Shown piece by piece: positions 9,502 to 18,069 of a stretch of DNA of 24,000 bases (position 1 is the first letter of the stretch; the number at the start of each line of letters is the position of its first letter). A program made the position numbers and the translations under genes. The notes beneath the pieces were generated by a model. The model was not told where the DNA came from. It saw only the letters and a list, made by a program, of their open reading frames with translations, and made no database searches. The DNA is from Balneolales bacterium (GTDB taxonomy: Bacteria > Bacteroidota > Rhodothermia > Balneolales > Cyclonatronaceae), in assembly GCA_020832405.1 (NCBI GenBank), contig JAFIET010000003.1, positions 9,769-33,768 of the forward strand, written 5' to 3'.

Positions 9502-10500
9502 ATGAAGCGCATTCTGTTACTGCAAACCGGCGGCACCATTGCCATGCAAATTCGCCGTAATGAAGACGGAGCGATGGATAACCTTCCGTCCGACAGCCTT
9601 AAAAAACACATTCCGGAGCTTTCGGAAATTGCACAGATTCAGTGCCTTGATCTGTTTTTCAAAGACAGCTCTGATCTCAGCCCGTCTGACTGGGTTGTAC
9701 TTGCGCGGGCTATTGAATCGAATTATCAGCAATTCGACGGCTTCGTTGTACTTCACGGTACCGACACCATGGCGTACACCGCTTCGGCGCTTTCATTTTG
9801 TTTTAAACACCTGGCCAAACCGGTCATTTTCACCGGAAGCCAGGTACCGCTCAGTGTTATCCGCTCTGATGCCGGCCGCAACCTCATCAACGCCGTGCAG
9901 ATGGCAACCCTGCCGTTTTGTGAAGTCGCGATTTGCTTCAACGACAAAATTCTGCGGGGCAACCGCTCCACCAAAATGAGCATAGGCGATTTCACGGCCT
10001 TCACCTCCCCTAACCACCCGCCTCTTGCTGAAATCGGCATTGATATACATGTGAAGCACGCCCTTCGCCCCGGTGGCAGCGCCATGGAATGCTATCCTGT
10101 TTTCAGTGAAGAGCTGATGGTGCTTCGGCTCTTCCCCGGTATCAAACCTTCGCGCTATATAAGCCTGCTGAACGATAATACCCGGGCGGTGATCATCTCC
10201 GGGTATGGCAGCGGAAACTTTCCCGTAAGCGGCGAGCACAGCCTGCTTCCTTTTCTGGAGGCCTGCCTCGAACGCAACATTTTTATGGTGATGGCTTCAC
10301 AGGCCGTTTTTGACGCCGTTGATCTTGAAAAATACAGCAGCGGACGCATGGCACGCGAACGGGGTGTTATCAGCGCCGGCGATATGACCATGGAAGCCGC
10401 CATCACTAAAATGATGTTTCTGCTTGGCAGGTACAGCAGCCCGTATCAGATTCGCGATGCTTACATGCGTTCGTTACGCGGCGAGCTCACCATCCGATAA
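9502..10500 (+). CDS. ansA: L-asparaginase, type I (cytoplasmic)
   Basis: 332-aa ORF. N-terminal catalytic motif LLLQTGGTIAM and the second catalytic motif VVLHGTDTMAYTA. Size is typical of type I enzymes, and there is no signal peptide. Confidence 0.85.
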   Translation: MKRILLLQTGGTIAMQIRRNEDGAMDNLPSDSLKKHIPELSEIAQIQCLDLFFKDSSDLSPSDWVVLARAIESNYQQFDGFVVLHGTDTMAYTASALSFCFKHLAKPVIFTGSQVPLSVIRSDAGRNLINAVQMATLPFCEVAICFNDKILRGNRSTKMSIGDFTAFTSPNHPPLAEIGIDIHVKHALRPGGSAMECYPVFSEELMVLRLFPGIKPSRYISLLNDNTRAVIISGYGSGNFPVSGEHSLLPFLEACLERNIFMVMASQAVFDAVDLEKYSSGRMARERGVISAGDMTMEAAITKMMFLLGRYSSPYQIRDAYMRSLRGELTIR

Positions 10501-10613
10501 GCGAATCACCGCTTTTCGCTTCAGTAAAATTGAATATGACGGAATCAGTACCGCAGTGCGTATCTTTGGCCTAAACTTTACCCTGCAATCCGGACCCAAC
10601 GCACGCTCAACCC

Positions 10614-10973
10614 ATGTCGGAAACTTCTTCTAAAAACATCATCACCATTATTTATTCCCTGCTGCTTGTACTGGCATTGTTCATGCACATGAGCATTTCA
10701 GGCGTTGAAGTAGGCGGGCTTATCATCGGTATCTTTACTGAACCCACAGGCATCATAACTTTTATATCAACCATTTTCAGCTGGCTCATTAAATTCATTT
10801 TCAGGGCGCATACCATCTACATGGCCGGCACTACGCTCATCCTCTGGTTTGTGGTTTTGCCCATGCTGGTGCGCTACCGCGTTATACAGGTGAGGGTTAC
10901 TTTTCTGCTTTCTTTAAGCGTAACCCTGTTTTTATTTCTGTTTCTGAAAATGTACGGTTTTGTAGCCCTCTAA
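10614..10973 (+). CDS. Hypothetical small integral membrane protein (3-4 predicted TM segments)
   Basis: 119-aa ORF with an ATG start. It is strongly hydrophobic and periodic (IITIIYSLLLVLALF, LIIGIF, ITFISTIFSWLIKFIF, TTLILWFVVLPML, LLSLSVTLFLFLFL). I see no recognisable family motif. Confidence 0.5.
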   Translation: MSETSSKNIITIIYSLLLVLALFMHMSISGVEVGGLIIGIFTEPTGIITFISTIFSWLIKFIFRAHTIYMAGTTLILWFVVLPMLVRYRVIQVRVTFLLSLSVTLFLFLFLKMYGFVAL

Positions 10974-11103
10974 GGCCTGTAAACAATAACTACCCGCAAC
11001 TCAGCCTGCAGTATTTCTGAAATGCAGCAGCGCCTTCAAAACGATACCCTGCAAGTGCGGGTTTATACCCCAAATTCAGAACAAAGTAAAAAAACCCTTT
11101 CTG

Positions 11104-12066
11104 ATGCCATTTAGCTGGAAACTAAAATCTGTTCCGCCACACGATTTTTTTATTTCACTGGATATTGATTCCTACTTCGACCACGAACACGATCCTGCTG
11201 AGATTCCCGATAACGGTATGCTGCGCCCGCTTCCCCTTGCAGACCGCGATATACTGGTGCGCATTTTTTTTAACGGGGATGCAGAAAACCCGGCTTTTCA
11301 TATCGAATGCGAAGATCATCTTACCTCCGGTGAAGTAGCACAGGCCAATAGGCTACTCTCACGCATTCTGGGTACTGAGCTGGATTTAAAACCCTTCTAC
11401 GAACAAGCCAGTGATGATCCGCTTCTGGCATCACTCATTCAGGAAGCCTACGGCTTTAAACGCATGAGCCGCGCTACTTTTTTTGAAGACGCCCTGAACC
11501 GCATCATCATAGCACAAATAAGCCATAAACCCACGGCTAAAAAAATGGTGTACGGCGTACGCGAACAGCACGGCACGCGCCTCGAAAGCAACCTGGGCCG
11601 CGTAAGTGCGTGGCCCCGCCCGCATCAGCTGGTTGGTACCGACCCCGCATCCCTGAAAAAGCACGGCCTGTCTTTGCGTAAAGGCGAGTATGTTACCGGC
11701 CTGGCAGATTTGCTGGTTTCCGGAGAGCTGCCATCCATGGAAAAGCTCGAGCAGCTGCCGCCTGATGTTTTTTATGAAACCATGCTCGGCATACGCGGCA
11801 TAGGCCCAACTACCGCGCAGGACCTGATGCTCTTTCGGAACCGCACGGATGCTTCTTTTCCGTCAAACTTCCAAAAAGGGGAAGAAAAAGGCCTTCGCCG
11901 GTGGATTTCCTTATCTTACGGCCTTAATCCGGATACAGCAACCGAAGCGCAGTTTTCTGAAGCTACTAAAAACTGGAAAGGTTGCGAAAGTATCGCGCTC
12001 GAATACCTTTACCTGCAGTATGTGCTGGGTGAAAAAGCCCGCCGCATGAAAAAACAAACCGTTTAA
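11104..12066 (+). CDS. HhH-GPD superfamily protein, AlkA-like (DNA-3-methyladenine glycosylase 2 family architecture)
   Basis: 320-aa ORF. It has an N-terminal AlkA-N-like region followed by a helix-hairpin-helix, LGIRGIGPTTAQDLMLF. The following segment, TDASFPSNF, aligns by eye with AlkA KDVFLPDDY. Confidence 0.6.
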   Translation: MPFSWKLKSVPPHDFFISLDIDSYFDHEHDPAEIPDNGMLRPLPLADRDILVRIFFNGDAENPAFHIECEDHLTSGEVAQANRLLSRILGTELDLKPFYEQASDDPLLASLIQEAYGFKRMSRATFFEDALNRIIIAQISHKPTAKKMVYGVREQHGTRLESNLGRVSAWPRPHQLVGTDPASLKKHGLSLRKGEYVTGLADLLVSGELPSMEKLEQLPPDVFYETMLGIRGIGPTTAQDLMLFRNRTDASFPSNFQKGEEKGLRRWISLSYGLNPDTATEAQFSEATKNWKGCESIALEYLYLQYVLGEKARRMKKQTV

Positions 12067-12105
12067 CACAACCTGGATATTCTTCAGAATCAGCTCCCGA
12101 TTATT

Positions 12106-12675
12106 ATGGAAAAAACCTTCGAAAAAGACGTCACTATTGAAGCCTTTAAAAACCTTACGGTTGCCCGTGCCGTAGTAGGCATTATGATTGCCAGCGGGCT
12201 GGTACTCATTTTCCTGTTCTGGCTGATTTATTTCCGGGGCGGTTCTGAGTTCATCCCGAACTGGGTTTATATGCTGCCGGCCGTAAATGCTACGGTAAAC
12301 AGTATCGCCACAATCTTTCTGGTGCTGGCCTTTATCCAAATCAAAAAGCGCAACTTTGTGCAGCACATGCGCTATAACCTTGCCGCCTTTGTAGCCTCAG
12401 CCGTTTTTCTGATCAGCTACGTGCTTTATCATAATTTTGTGGGCCACACCCCATTCCCGGGCGAAGGCGCTATACGGCCGGTTTACTTCACTATTCTTAT
12501 TTCCCACATTATTTTGTCGGTTGTGGTTGTGCCGCTCATTCTTTCAAGCTTTTTCTTTGCCTTTGCAGGAAAATTCAAGCTTCACCGCACTATCTCAAAG
12601 TTTACCTTCCCCATCTGGATTTATGTTTCTGTTACGGGCGTGGTTATTTTCTTTATGCTTAATGCATACACCTGA
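12106..12675 (+). CDS. DUF420-family membrane protein (CtaM/YozB-like)
   Basis: 189-aa ORF with 4-5 TM segments. It follows the DUF420 pattern as I recall it: IQIKKRNFVQHMRYNLAAF..S..FLISYVLYH, then F.G...IRPVYFTILISHIILS, then HRTISKFTFPIWIYVSVTGVVIF. Confidence 0.7.
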   Translation: MEKTFEKDVTIEAFKNLTVARAVVGIMIASGLVLIFLFWLIYFRGGSEFIPNWVYMLPAVNATVNSIATIFLVLAFIQIKKRNFVQHMRYNLAAFVASAVFLISYVLYHNFVGHTPFPGEGAIRPVYFTILISHIILSVVVVPLILSSFFFAFAGKFKLHRTISKFTFPIWIYVSVTGVVIFFMLNAYT

Positions 12676-12695
12676 GTTTCACTCACGGGTGCCTG

Positions 12696-12734
12696 AAAAA
12701 GAGCCTCATTCTTTACGGGTGAGGCTCTTTTTTT
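12696..12734. terminator. Bidirectional rho-independent terminator between the convergent DUF420 and COG0523 genes
   Basis: Perfect stem GAGCCTCA (12701-12708) / TGAGGCTC (12720-12727) with an 11-nt loop. It is flanked by AAAAA upstream and TTTTTTT (12728-12734) downstream, so both strands see a hairpin plus U-run. Confidence 0.8.
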
Positions 12735-12754
12735 AGGGGGATGTGTTTCCTGGC

Positions 12755-13951
12755 CTAAACCGGCCAGCCGTCTTCAGCGGCAAGCTCATCGGTAAGCATG
12801 GCGCGGTATTCGTCGGTTGTTGCCAGGCAACTGTCAAGCTTTGCGCGCATTTCGGATTCATCCATGCCAATACCGATAAAAACCAGCTCGGTAATGCGGT
12901 CGCCAAAAACACTATCCCAGCGCGATTCAATCCTTTCCCGGTTTTCGAGATACAGTGCGCTGCTCAGCCGCTGCCCGCTGCTGTACGAAGCCCACCAGCT
13001 GCCGGCGCGGTCAGCCCGCACCGAACCTCCGGCCTGACTGAAATTCAGTGCCTGATCCGGACGGCTTGCAAGCCAGAACAGGCCTTTTGAGCGCAACACC
13101 TCCCGGGGGTAATCGACCTGCACAAAATCCAGAAACCGTTTGGGATGGAACGGCTTACGTGCCCGGTACACAAAAGAAGAAATTCCGTATTCGTCAGTTT
13201 CAGGTGTATGCTCTTTTTCAAGCTCATCAATCCAGGCCTGTGAACCCGCCGCTGCCTCAAAGTCGAAAAGCCCTGTATTCAGAATTTCATGAAGGTCAAC
13301 CATCCCGAAACTTGACGTTAAAATGCGGGCCGAAGGGTTCAGTTTGCCCATAATAGCCCTGAGTTCATCAAGCTGCTTCCGGCTCACAAGATCTGCCTTG
13401 TTTAAAATGATGACGCTGGCAAACTCGATCTGATCGGTAAGCAGATTTACGAGCGGCCGGGTATCTGTATGATCGTTTCCCAGCCCCCGGCCGGCAAGGG
13501 TGTCGGCCGAGCCGAAATCAGAAGCAAATTCAGCGGCGTTTACCACTGTTACCAGCGTATCAAGCCTGGTAACAGATTCGAGCGGAAGTTTAAGATCTTC
13601 GCTTTCGAAGAAAAAAGTCTGGGCCACAGGCAGCGGCTCAGAAATACCGGTGCTTTCTATCAGCAGGTAATCGAAGCTTCCTTTTTGGGCAAGCCTTGCC
13701 ACTTCTTCGATCAGATCTTCCCGCAGTGTACAGCAAATACAGCCGTTGCTCATTTCAACGAGTTTTTCTTCCGTGCGGGATAAGTGAGCACCTTCTTCTA
13801 CAAGCCTTGCATCCACATTCACCTCACTCATATCATTCACAATTACAGCAACCTTCAGGCCCTGCCGGTTGGAAAGAATATGGTTAAGCAGGGTAGTTTT
13901 ACCCGCGCCGAGAAAACCGCTGAGCACGGTTACCGGTAATTTATTTTCCAT
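12755..13951 (-). CDS. COG0523-family metallochaperone GTPase (CobW/ZigA/YeiR-like) with a CobW C-terminal domain
   Basis: 398-aa ORF. Walker [18 protein letters not shown], the metal-binding motif GCICCTL (CxCC), ESTGISEP, and NKADLV (NKxD). Confidence 0.9.
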   Translation of the reverse strand: MENKLPVTVLSGFLGAGKTTLLNHILSNRQGLKVAVIVNDMSEVNVDARLVEEGAHLSRTEEKLVEMSNGCICCTLREDLIEEVARLAQKGSFDYLLIESTGISEPLPVAQTFFFESEDLKLPLESVTRLDTLVTVVNAAEFASDFGSADTLAGRGLGNDHTDTRPLVNLLTDQIEFASVIILNKADLVSRKQLDELRAIMGKLNPSARILTSSFGMVDLHEILNTGLFDFEAAAGSQAWIDELEKEHTPETDEYGISSFVYRARKPFHPKRFLDFVQVDYPREVLRSKGLFWLASRPDQALNFSQAGGSVRADRAGSWWASYSSGQRLSSALYLENRERIESRWDSVFGDRITELVFIGIGMDESEMRAKLDSCLATTDEYRAMLTDELAAEDGWPV

Positions 13952-13962
13952 AAGAAATTCAA

Positions 13963-13984
13963 TTAGGTGAAAAAAAACCTAATA
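13963..13984. promoter_or_regulatory. Perfect 7-bp inverted repeat just upstream of the COG0523 start; candidate operator or 5' hairpin
   Basis: ATTAGGT (13963-13969) and ACCTAAT (13978-13984), separated by GAAAAAAA. It begins 12 nt upstream of the ATG at 13951, within the 204-bp AT-rich divergent intergenic region. Confidence 0.3.
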
Positions 13985-14155
13985 TATGAAACTTAGTTGC
14001 ATTAACAACACCCTATAAGAAGCCCTGCTTATCCAATTAATATAGCCGTCATAATTAAGTATTTAACCGTATATTTACCCAATTTTGAGCTTCCCTGTGC
14101 AATACCTAAAGCACCGGCTATTTTACCATCTATTGAAAGAACAGTACCCCGATTT

Positions 14156-16258
14156 ATGCCCCTCAGAACACGTTTCCTGCTGCTGCTGCTGTTCATTTTC
14201 CTGAGCATTTCAGCGATTGTTTGGTTTGTTGTGCGTCCTTCCTACGAACAGGCCCTGCTGAATGAGCGCACAACCATCATAACCGAAAATCAGCGAGAAC
14301 GGCTCGACCGCCTGACATCAGAAACAAACAGCTGGATAGAGATGATGTTTCAGTACGAGCAGGTTCTCACCCGAACCGGCAGTATTAACCAAACAGAGCT
14401 GCTTTTCAGGGGTTACAGCGCACTTTTCCCGGCGCTTGAGCTTTTACGGCTCACGGAAGCCGATACAGGCGAATACATTGAATTTCGCTCACAGGCCTCT
14501 TCAACCGGGCTGAGCTTCAATCAGGTTGCCCCCTTCATTGAACCTATGGGTGCAGGTGGTGAAGAGCCGCAGTACGCAGTTCAGTGGCTCTCCGAACTTG
14601 GCATCATTGTACTAAGCCGGTATCTTGATCTTGGGGGAGAGCTTTTTTTAATGACAGGTTTTTTTGATGCGTCATTGTTCGATAACACCTTGTTTAAATT
14701 TAACCTGGGGTTTCCTGCCACAGCTGTAATCTGGCTGAAGGACAACTCCCTTGTGGCCCTTAACGGCCTGGAGGCCCTTCAGCCGCAGCGATCGCGCCTA
14801 ACCATTGTTGAGCAGCAAAACTATCAGGGCGATATCCGCATGATGATCGCAACCCCGGTTCCGCTTTATGAGGCTCAACACGCCCTGTACTTCGCCTACG
14901 ACGACCTCAAAAGCGACGTTGAAAAACTCTTTCTGCAAAATTTAGGGCTGCTTCTCGCTGCATTTTTCGGCATTTGGATTGCCTCCTTTGTTCTGCTTGA
15001 ACAGCTTACCAAACCGCTGCGTACTTTTATTACCGACCTTCAGCCCTTCAGCAGCTTCAACTTCCAAAAACCGCTTACCCCCATTTCCCTGCCGGAATTA
15101 CGGGAAGTTTCCGAAACCATGGAAAGTATCCGGCAAAGGCTGCATCGCTATCAGGAAATTAATGTTGAGAAAATTATCTCGAGTCAGCAGCGCATTATGA
15201 CCATGACCGAGCACTCATCGGATCTGATTGCTTTTTTTGACGGTAACAACAAATTTGTGAGCTTCAACGCACGCTTCAAGCAGCTTTTTGAAGAACTTGA
15301 AACAGAACTCCCGGATGAAATCCCCTCACTTTTTAAGCTCGCAAACGTGCGGGTTCTCAAAGAAGGGCTTGCAAGGCAGGAAGCTGACCCGCCGATTGAA
15401 ATTCAGAAGCGGCAGCTGGAAATTGCTTTCATAATGGGGGAAGAAAAGGAATACTATTTCACGGCACAGGTACTCAGGCTATATAATGAAAAAGGGGATG
15501 CGCTTGGCGGGCAGTTTATGCTGTATGATCTCACGAGCGAGCGCGAACTCGACCGCAAGCGTAATGAGATGATTAACATTATTGTTCATGAGCTCAAAAA
15601 CCCGATTACTGGCATTCAGGGGCTGATAACCATACTCCGTAATGAAGAGCTTGGTGAAGACGACCGGAAAGAATTCTACAAAATTATTGACGACAGCGCG
15701 ACCGATCTGTTCGGCATTGTGCAGCGCTTCCTGCAGGTTGCCAAGCTGGAGAGCGGCGGCATTCAGGGTGAAGCTGAGCCCGTTGATATGGTCGCCCTTG
15801 TGGTAAAAATTACCCGTGATCTCGAACCTACCCTTCGCGACAAACAGGTAAAATTCAAAACGATCATTCCCGAACACATAGATCCTATCCACGCTGTACC
15901 TGATCTGATGACCGATGTTGTTCGTAACCTGCTATCCAATGCAGTGAAGTACGGCCCCGAAAACCGTACCATCGATGTAGGGCTTTCTGCCGAAACCAGC
16001 CTTGAGGAAACACGGCATCTTGTATTTTCGGTAACCGATTACGGTTTCGGAATTAAAGATGAATATAAAGATCAGATCTTCAAGAAATTTTTCCGGATTA
16101 AAGAATATAAATCCGTTCAGGGCACGGGTCTTGGTTTACCCTATGTAAAAGAAATTATTGAAAAACACAACGGCTCCATCGAAGTAGATTCCAATGAAGC
16201 CATCGGCAGCCGGTTCACGGTGCGCCTGCCCTACAAGATTCAAAATCTTTCAGAATAA
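14156..16258 (+). CDS. Membrane sensor histidine kinase: TM, ~235-aa extracytoplasmic domain, TM, linker, PAS-like region, HisKA, HATPase_c
   Basis: 700-aa ORF. N-terminal TM is LLLLLFIFLSISAIVWFVV and the second TM is LGLLLAAFFGIWIASFVLL. H-box IVHELKNPITGI (His ~478), N-box LLSNAVKYG, G1/F boxes DYGFGI...IFKKFFR, G2 GTGLGLPYVKEIIEKHNGSIEV. No receiver domain is fused, and no response regulator lies in the window. Confidence 0.9.
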   Translation: MPLRTRFLLLLLFIFLSISAIVWFVVRPSYEQALLNERTTIITENQRERLDRLTSETNSWIEMMFQYEQVLTRTGSINQTELLFRGYSALFPALELLRLTEADTGEYIEFRSQASSTGLSFNQVAPFIEPMGAGGEEPQYAVQWLSELGIIVLSRYLDLGGELFLMTGFFDASLFDNTLFKFNLGFPATAVIWLKDNSLVALNGLEALQPQRSRLTIVEQQNYQGDIRMMIATPVPLYEAQHALYFAYDDLKSDVEKLFLQNLGLLLAAFFGIWIASFVLLEQLTKPLRTFITDLQPFSSFNFQKPLTPISLPELREVSETMESIRQRLHRYQEINVEKIISSQQRIMTMTEHSSDLIAFFDGNNKFVSFNARFKQLFEELETELPDEIPSLFKLANVRVLKEGLARQEADPPIEIQKRQLEIAFIMGEEKEYYFTAQVLRLYNEKGDALGGQFMLYDLTSERELDRKRNEMINIIVHELKNPITGIQGLITILRNEELGEDDRKEFYKIIDDSATDLFGIVQRFLQVAKLESGGIQGEAEPVDMVALVVKITRDLEPTLRDKQVKFKTIIPEHIDPIHAVPDLMTDVVRNLLSNAVKYGPENRTIDVGLSAETSLEETRHLVFSVTDYGFGIKDEYKDQIFKKFFRIKEYKSVQGTGLGLPYVKEIIEKHNGSIEVDSNEAIGSRFTVRLPYKIQNLSE

Positions 16259-18060
16259 TGTTAACATCTGCCTCTCCCGCCCGCATGTTGCTGGCGGTTT
16301 TTGTGCTGCTGCTGCCCGGTGCCCTCTGTGCCGAAGCAAGACAGGCAGCAGGAAGCATAGATTTTCCGGCTTCCGAAATTACTGCCATTTCTACACGCTA
16401 TGCAGGCTCCCCTCAAAACTGGCCCGTAGTGAACAGCCTGGCTGATTACAACTCTCAAACAAACCGCTTTTACCTCACCTCAGAAGATATTCGTCTGCTC
16501 GCTGAGTTCCGTAACGGTTTCGAAAATGTAACGGAATCCCGAACCCTTTATACCAGCCTGATCGACCGCGGAGCCCGCGTTTTGGCCCGGGAAGAGCTCG
16601 AACAGCTCGAAAGCAAATTCGACCGGTACAGGGCCTTGGTTAACGCAGCCGAAATAGCCCAATCAAATACTATGGCAGCACGGATAAAAACTTTTTCCGC
16701 AGAAGTTGATGCCATTGTGGATGAGCGGCGGCTGATGTCGGTTGAGGCACGGCTTGAAGAGCGCGAAAACATCGTTCAGAGCAGGAGCGGCCTGCTCGGC
16801 CGCTGGGCAGACGCCGATACCGGCGACCTGTTCCGTCAGGACGACGGCATACGCACGGGTGAAGAATCTCAGGCGAGGCTCGAATTCGTGGACGGCAGCG
16901 ATATCACCCTTTCTGCAAGCACAACTGCCGTAATCCGCAAGTCGTCTGTTGATCGCATCACCAACCGCTCTGAGGTCGATATCGAGCTCTCAAGCGGAGG
17001 GGTACTTACCCGGCTTTCGGCAGCGGCCCGAAATCAGGCAACCTTCAACCTGGAAACACCTACGAGCAGCAGTCAGGTCAACTCTTCCAGCTTTTGGGCA
17101 GAGAGCCGCTCCGGAGAAATTTCCACCTTTTCCAATTACGACGGCATTGTGCTCGTGAGTGCCTCCAACGAAGAGGTAATGCTCTCCGAAAACGAAGGCA
17201 CCATTGTTCGGCGCGGTCAGGGGCCTTCCGCACCAATCCGGCTGCTGCCGGCTCCAAACACCAACTGGTCGCGCCCCGATACCGTCATTTACTTAAATCA
17301 GATTGAGCTGCAATGGGCAGCCGTTTCCGGGGCCCGCAGGTATGAAATCGACCTTGCCCGGCGCGATACTTTTCTGGGCAATGTACGCACCCAGGCCACA
17401 ACGGTGCCAGCAGTTACCATTTCAGACATTCCGAGAGGCCTGAATTACGTGCGCATCCGGGCATTCGATGACAACGATTTGCGCGGCATCGACAGCCGCA
17501 CCCTGCAGGTGCTCTATGTGGAAAGTACAAGCCCTCCACCGCTCATTCTCGACAGCCCTTTCCGCCCGGATGTGATTTACACCTTTGAGCGCTCCCTGGA
17601 AATTAGCGGTACAACTGAAGCCGGTACAACGCTGCGCCTCAACGGCGAACAGCAACGGGTGAACCGGGACGGCCGCTTCAGTGCCGGTGTACACCTACCC
17701 GGTGATGAGTTAAGCGTAACCATAAACGTTACTAACCCGGCCGGCCTAAGCCGGGAACTCAGCCGCACCATCCGCTATGTGGATGTTCCCCGCCTGTTCG
17801 ACCTGAACTGGTCAGCACCTTTTCAGAACGGTGAACTGCGCCGCATGCCCCGCATGCTGGTACGCGGCAGCGCCTACCACTTCATGAACGTAGAAGTACA
17901 GCTTAACGGGCAGCTCTTGCGCCAACGTACCGGCAACAACGGCGACTGGGCAATTCAGTTTGAGCCTGACGAAGCAGAATCCGTCACGATTCGCTTTGTT
18001 GACCGCGATAGCGGAAATACGATCTCAGAACGAACTTATCCGTTTACCCCAATCCGATAA
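16258..18060 (+). CDS. Secreted FecR-domain protein with coiled-coil and Ig/FN3-like beta-sandwich modules
   Basis: 600-aa ORF whose ATG overlaps the kinase TAA (TAATG, 16256-16260). Signal peptide MLLAVFVLLLPGALCAEA. Helical heptad-like region LAREELEQLESKFDRYRALV. FecR-like beta-rich core ARLEFVDGSDITLSASTTAVIRK...GGVLTRL...YDGIVLVSASNEEVMLSENEGTIVRRG. FN3-like segment IELQWAAVSGARRYEIDLARRD, followed by Ig-like modules (LEISGTTEAGTTLRLNGEQQRVNRDGRFSAGV). Confidence 0.75.
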   Translation: MLTSASPARMLLAVFVLLLPGALCAEARQAAGSIDFPASEITAISTRYAGSPQNWPVVNSLADYNSQTNRFYLTSEDIRLLAEFRNGFENVTESRTLYTSLIDRGARVLAREELEQLESKFDRYRALVNAAEIAQSNTMAARIKTFSAEVDAIVDERRLMSVEARLEERENIVQSRSGLLGRWADADTGDLFRQDDGIRTGEESQARLEFVDGSDITLSASTTAVIRKSSVDRITNRSEVDIELSSGGVLTRLSAAARNQATFNLETPTSSSQVNSSSFWAESRSGEISTFSNYDGIVLVSASNEEVMLSENEGTIVRRGQGPSAPIRLLPAPNTNWSRPDTVIYLNQIELQWAAVSGARRYEIDLARRDTFLGNVRTQATTVPAVTISDIPRGLNYVRIRAFDDNDLRGIDSRTLQVLYVESTSPPPLILDSPFRPDVIYTFERSLEISGTTEAGTTLRLNGEQQRVNRDGRFSAGVHLPGDELSVTINVTNPAGLSRELSRTIRYVDVPRLFDLNWSAPFQNGELRRMPRMLVRGSAYHFMNVEVQLNGQLLRQRTGNNGDWAIQFEPDEAESVTIRFVDRDSGNTISERTYPFTPIR

Positions 18061-18069
18061 ATTACCCAC

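Noticed and set aside
11911-12366. 151-aa minus-strand ORF spanning the AlkA-like/DUF420 junction
   Set aside because: It overlaps two better-supported plus-strand genes and the intergenic gap between them, and has no recognisable features.
12743-13887. Plus-strand ORFs overlapping the COG0523 gene (12743..13090, 12798..13037, 13048..13353, 13469..13783, 13696..13887)
   Set aside because: They are antisense shadows of a CDS with clear Walker A, CxCC and NKxD motifs.
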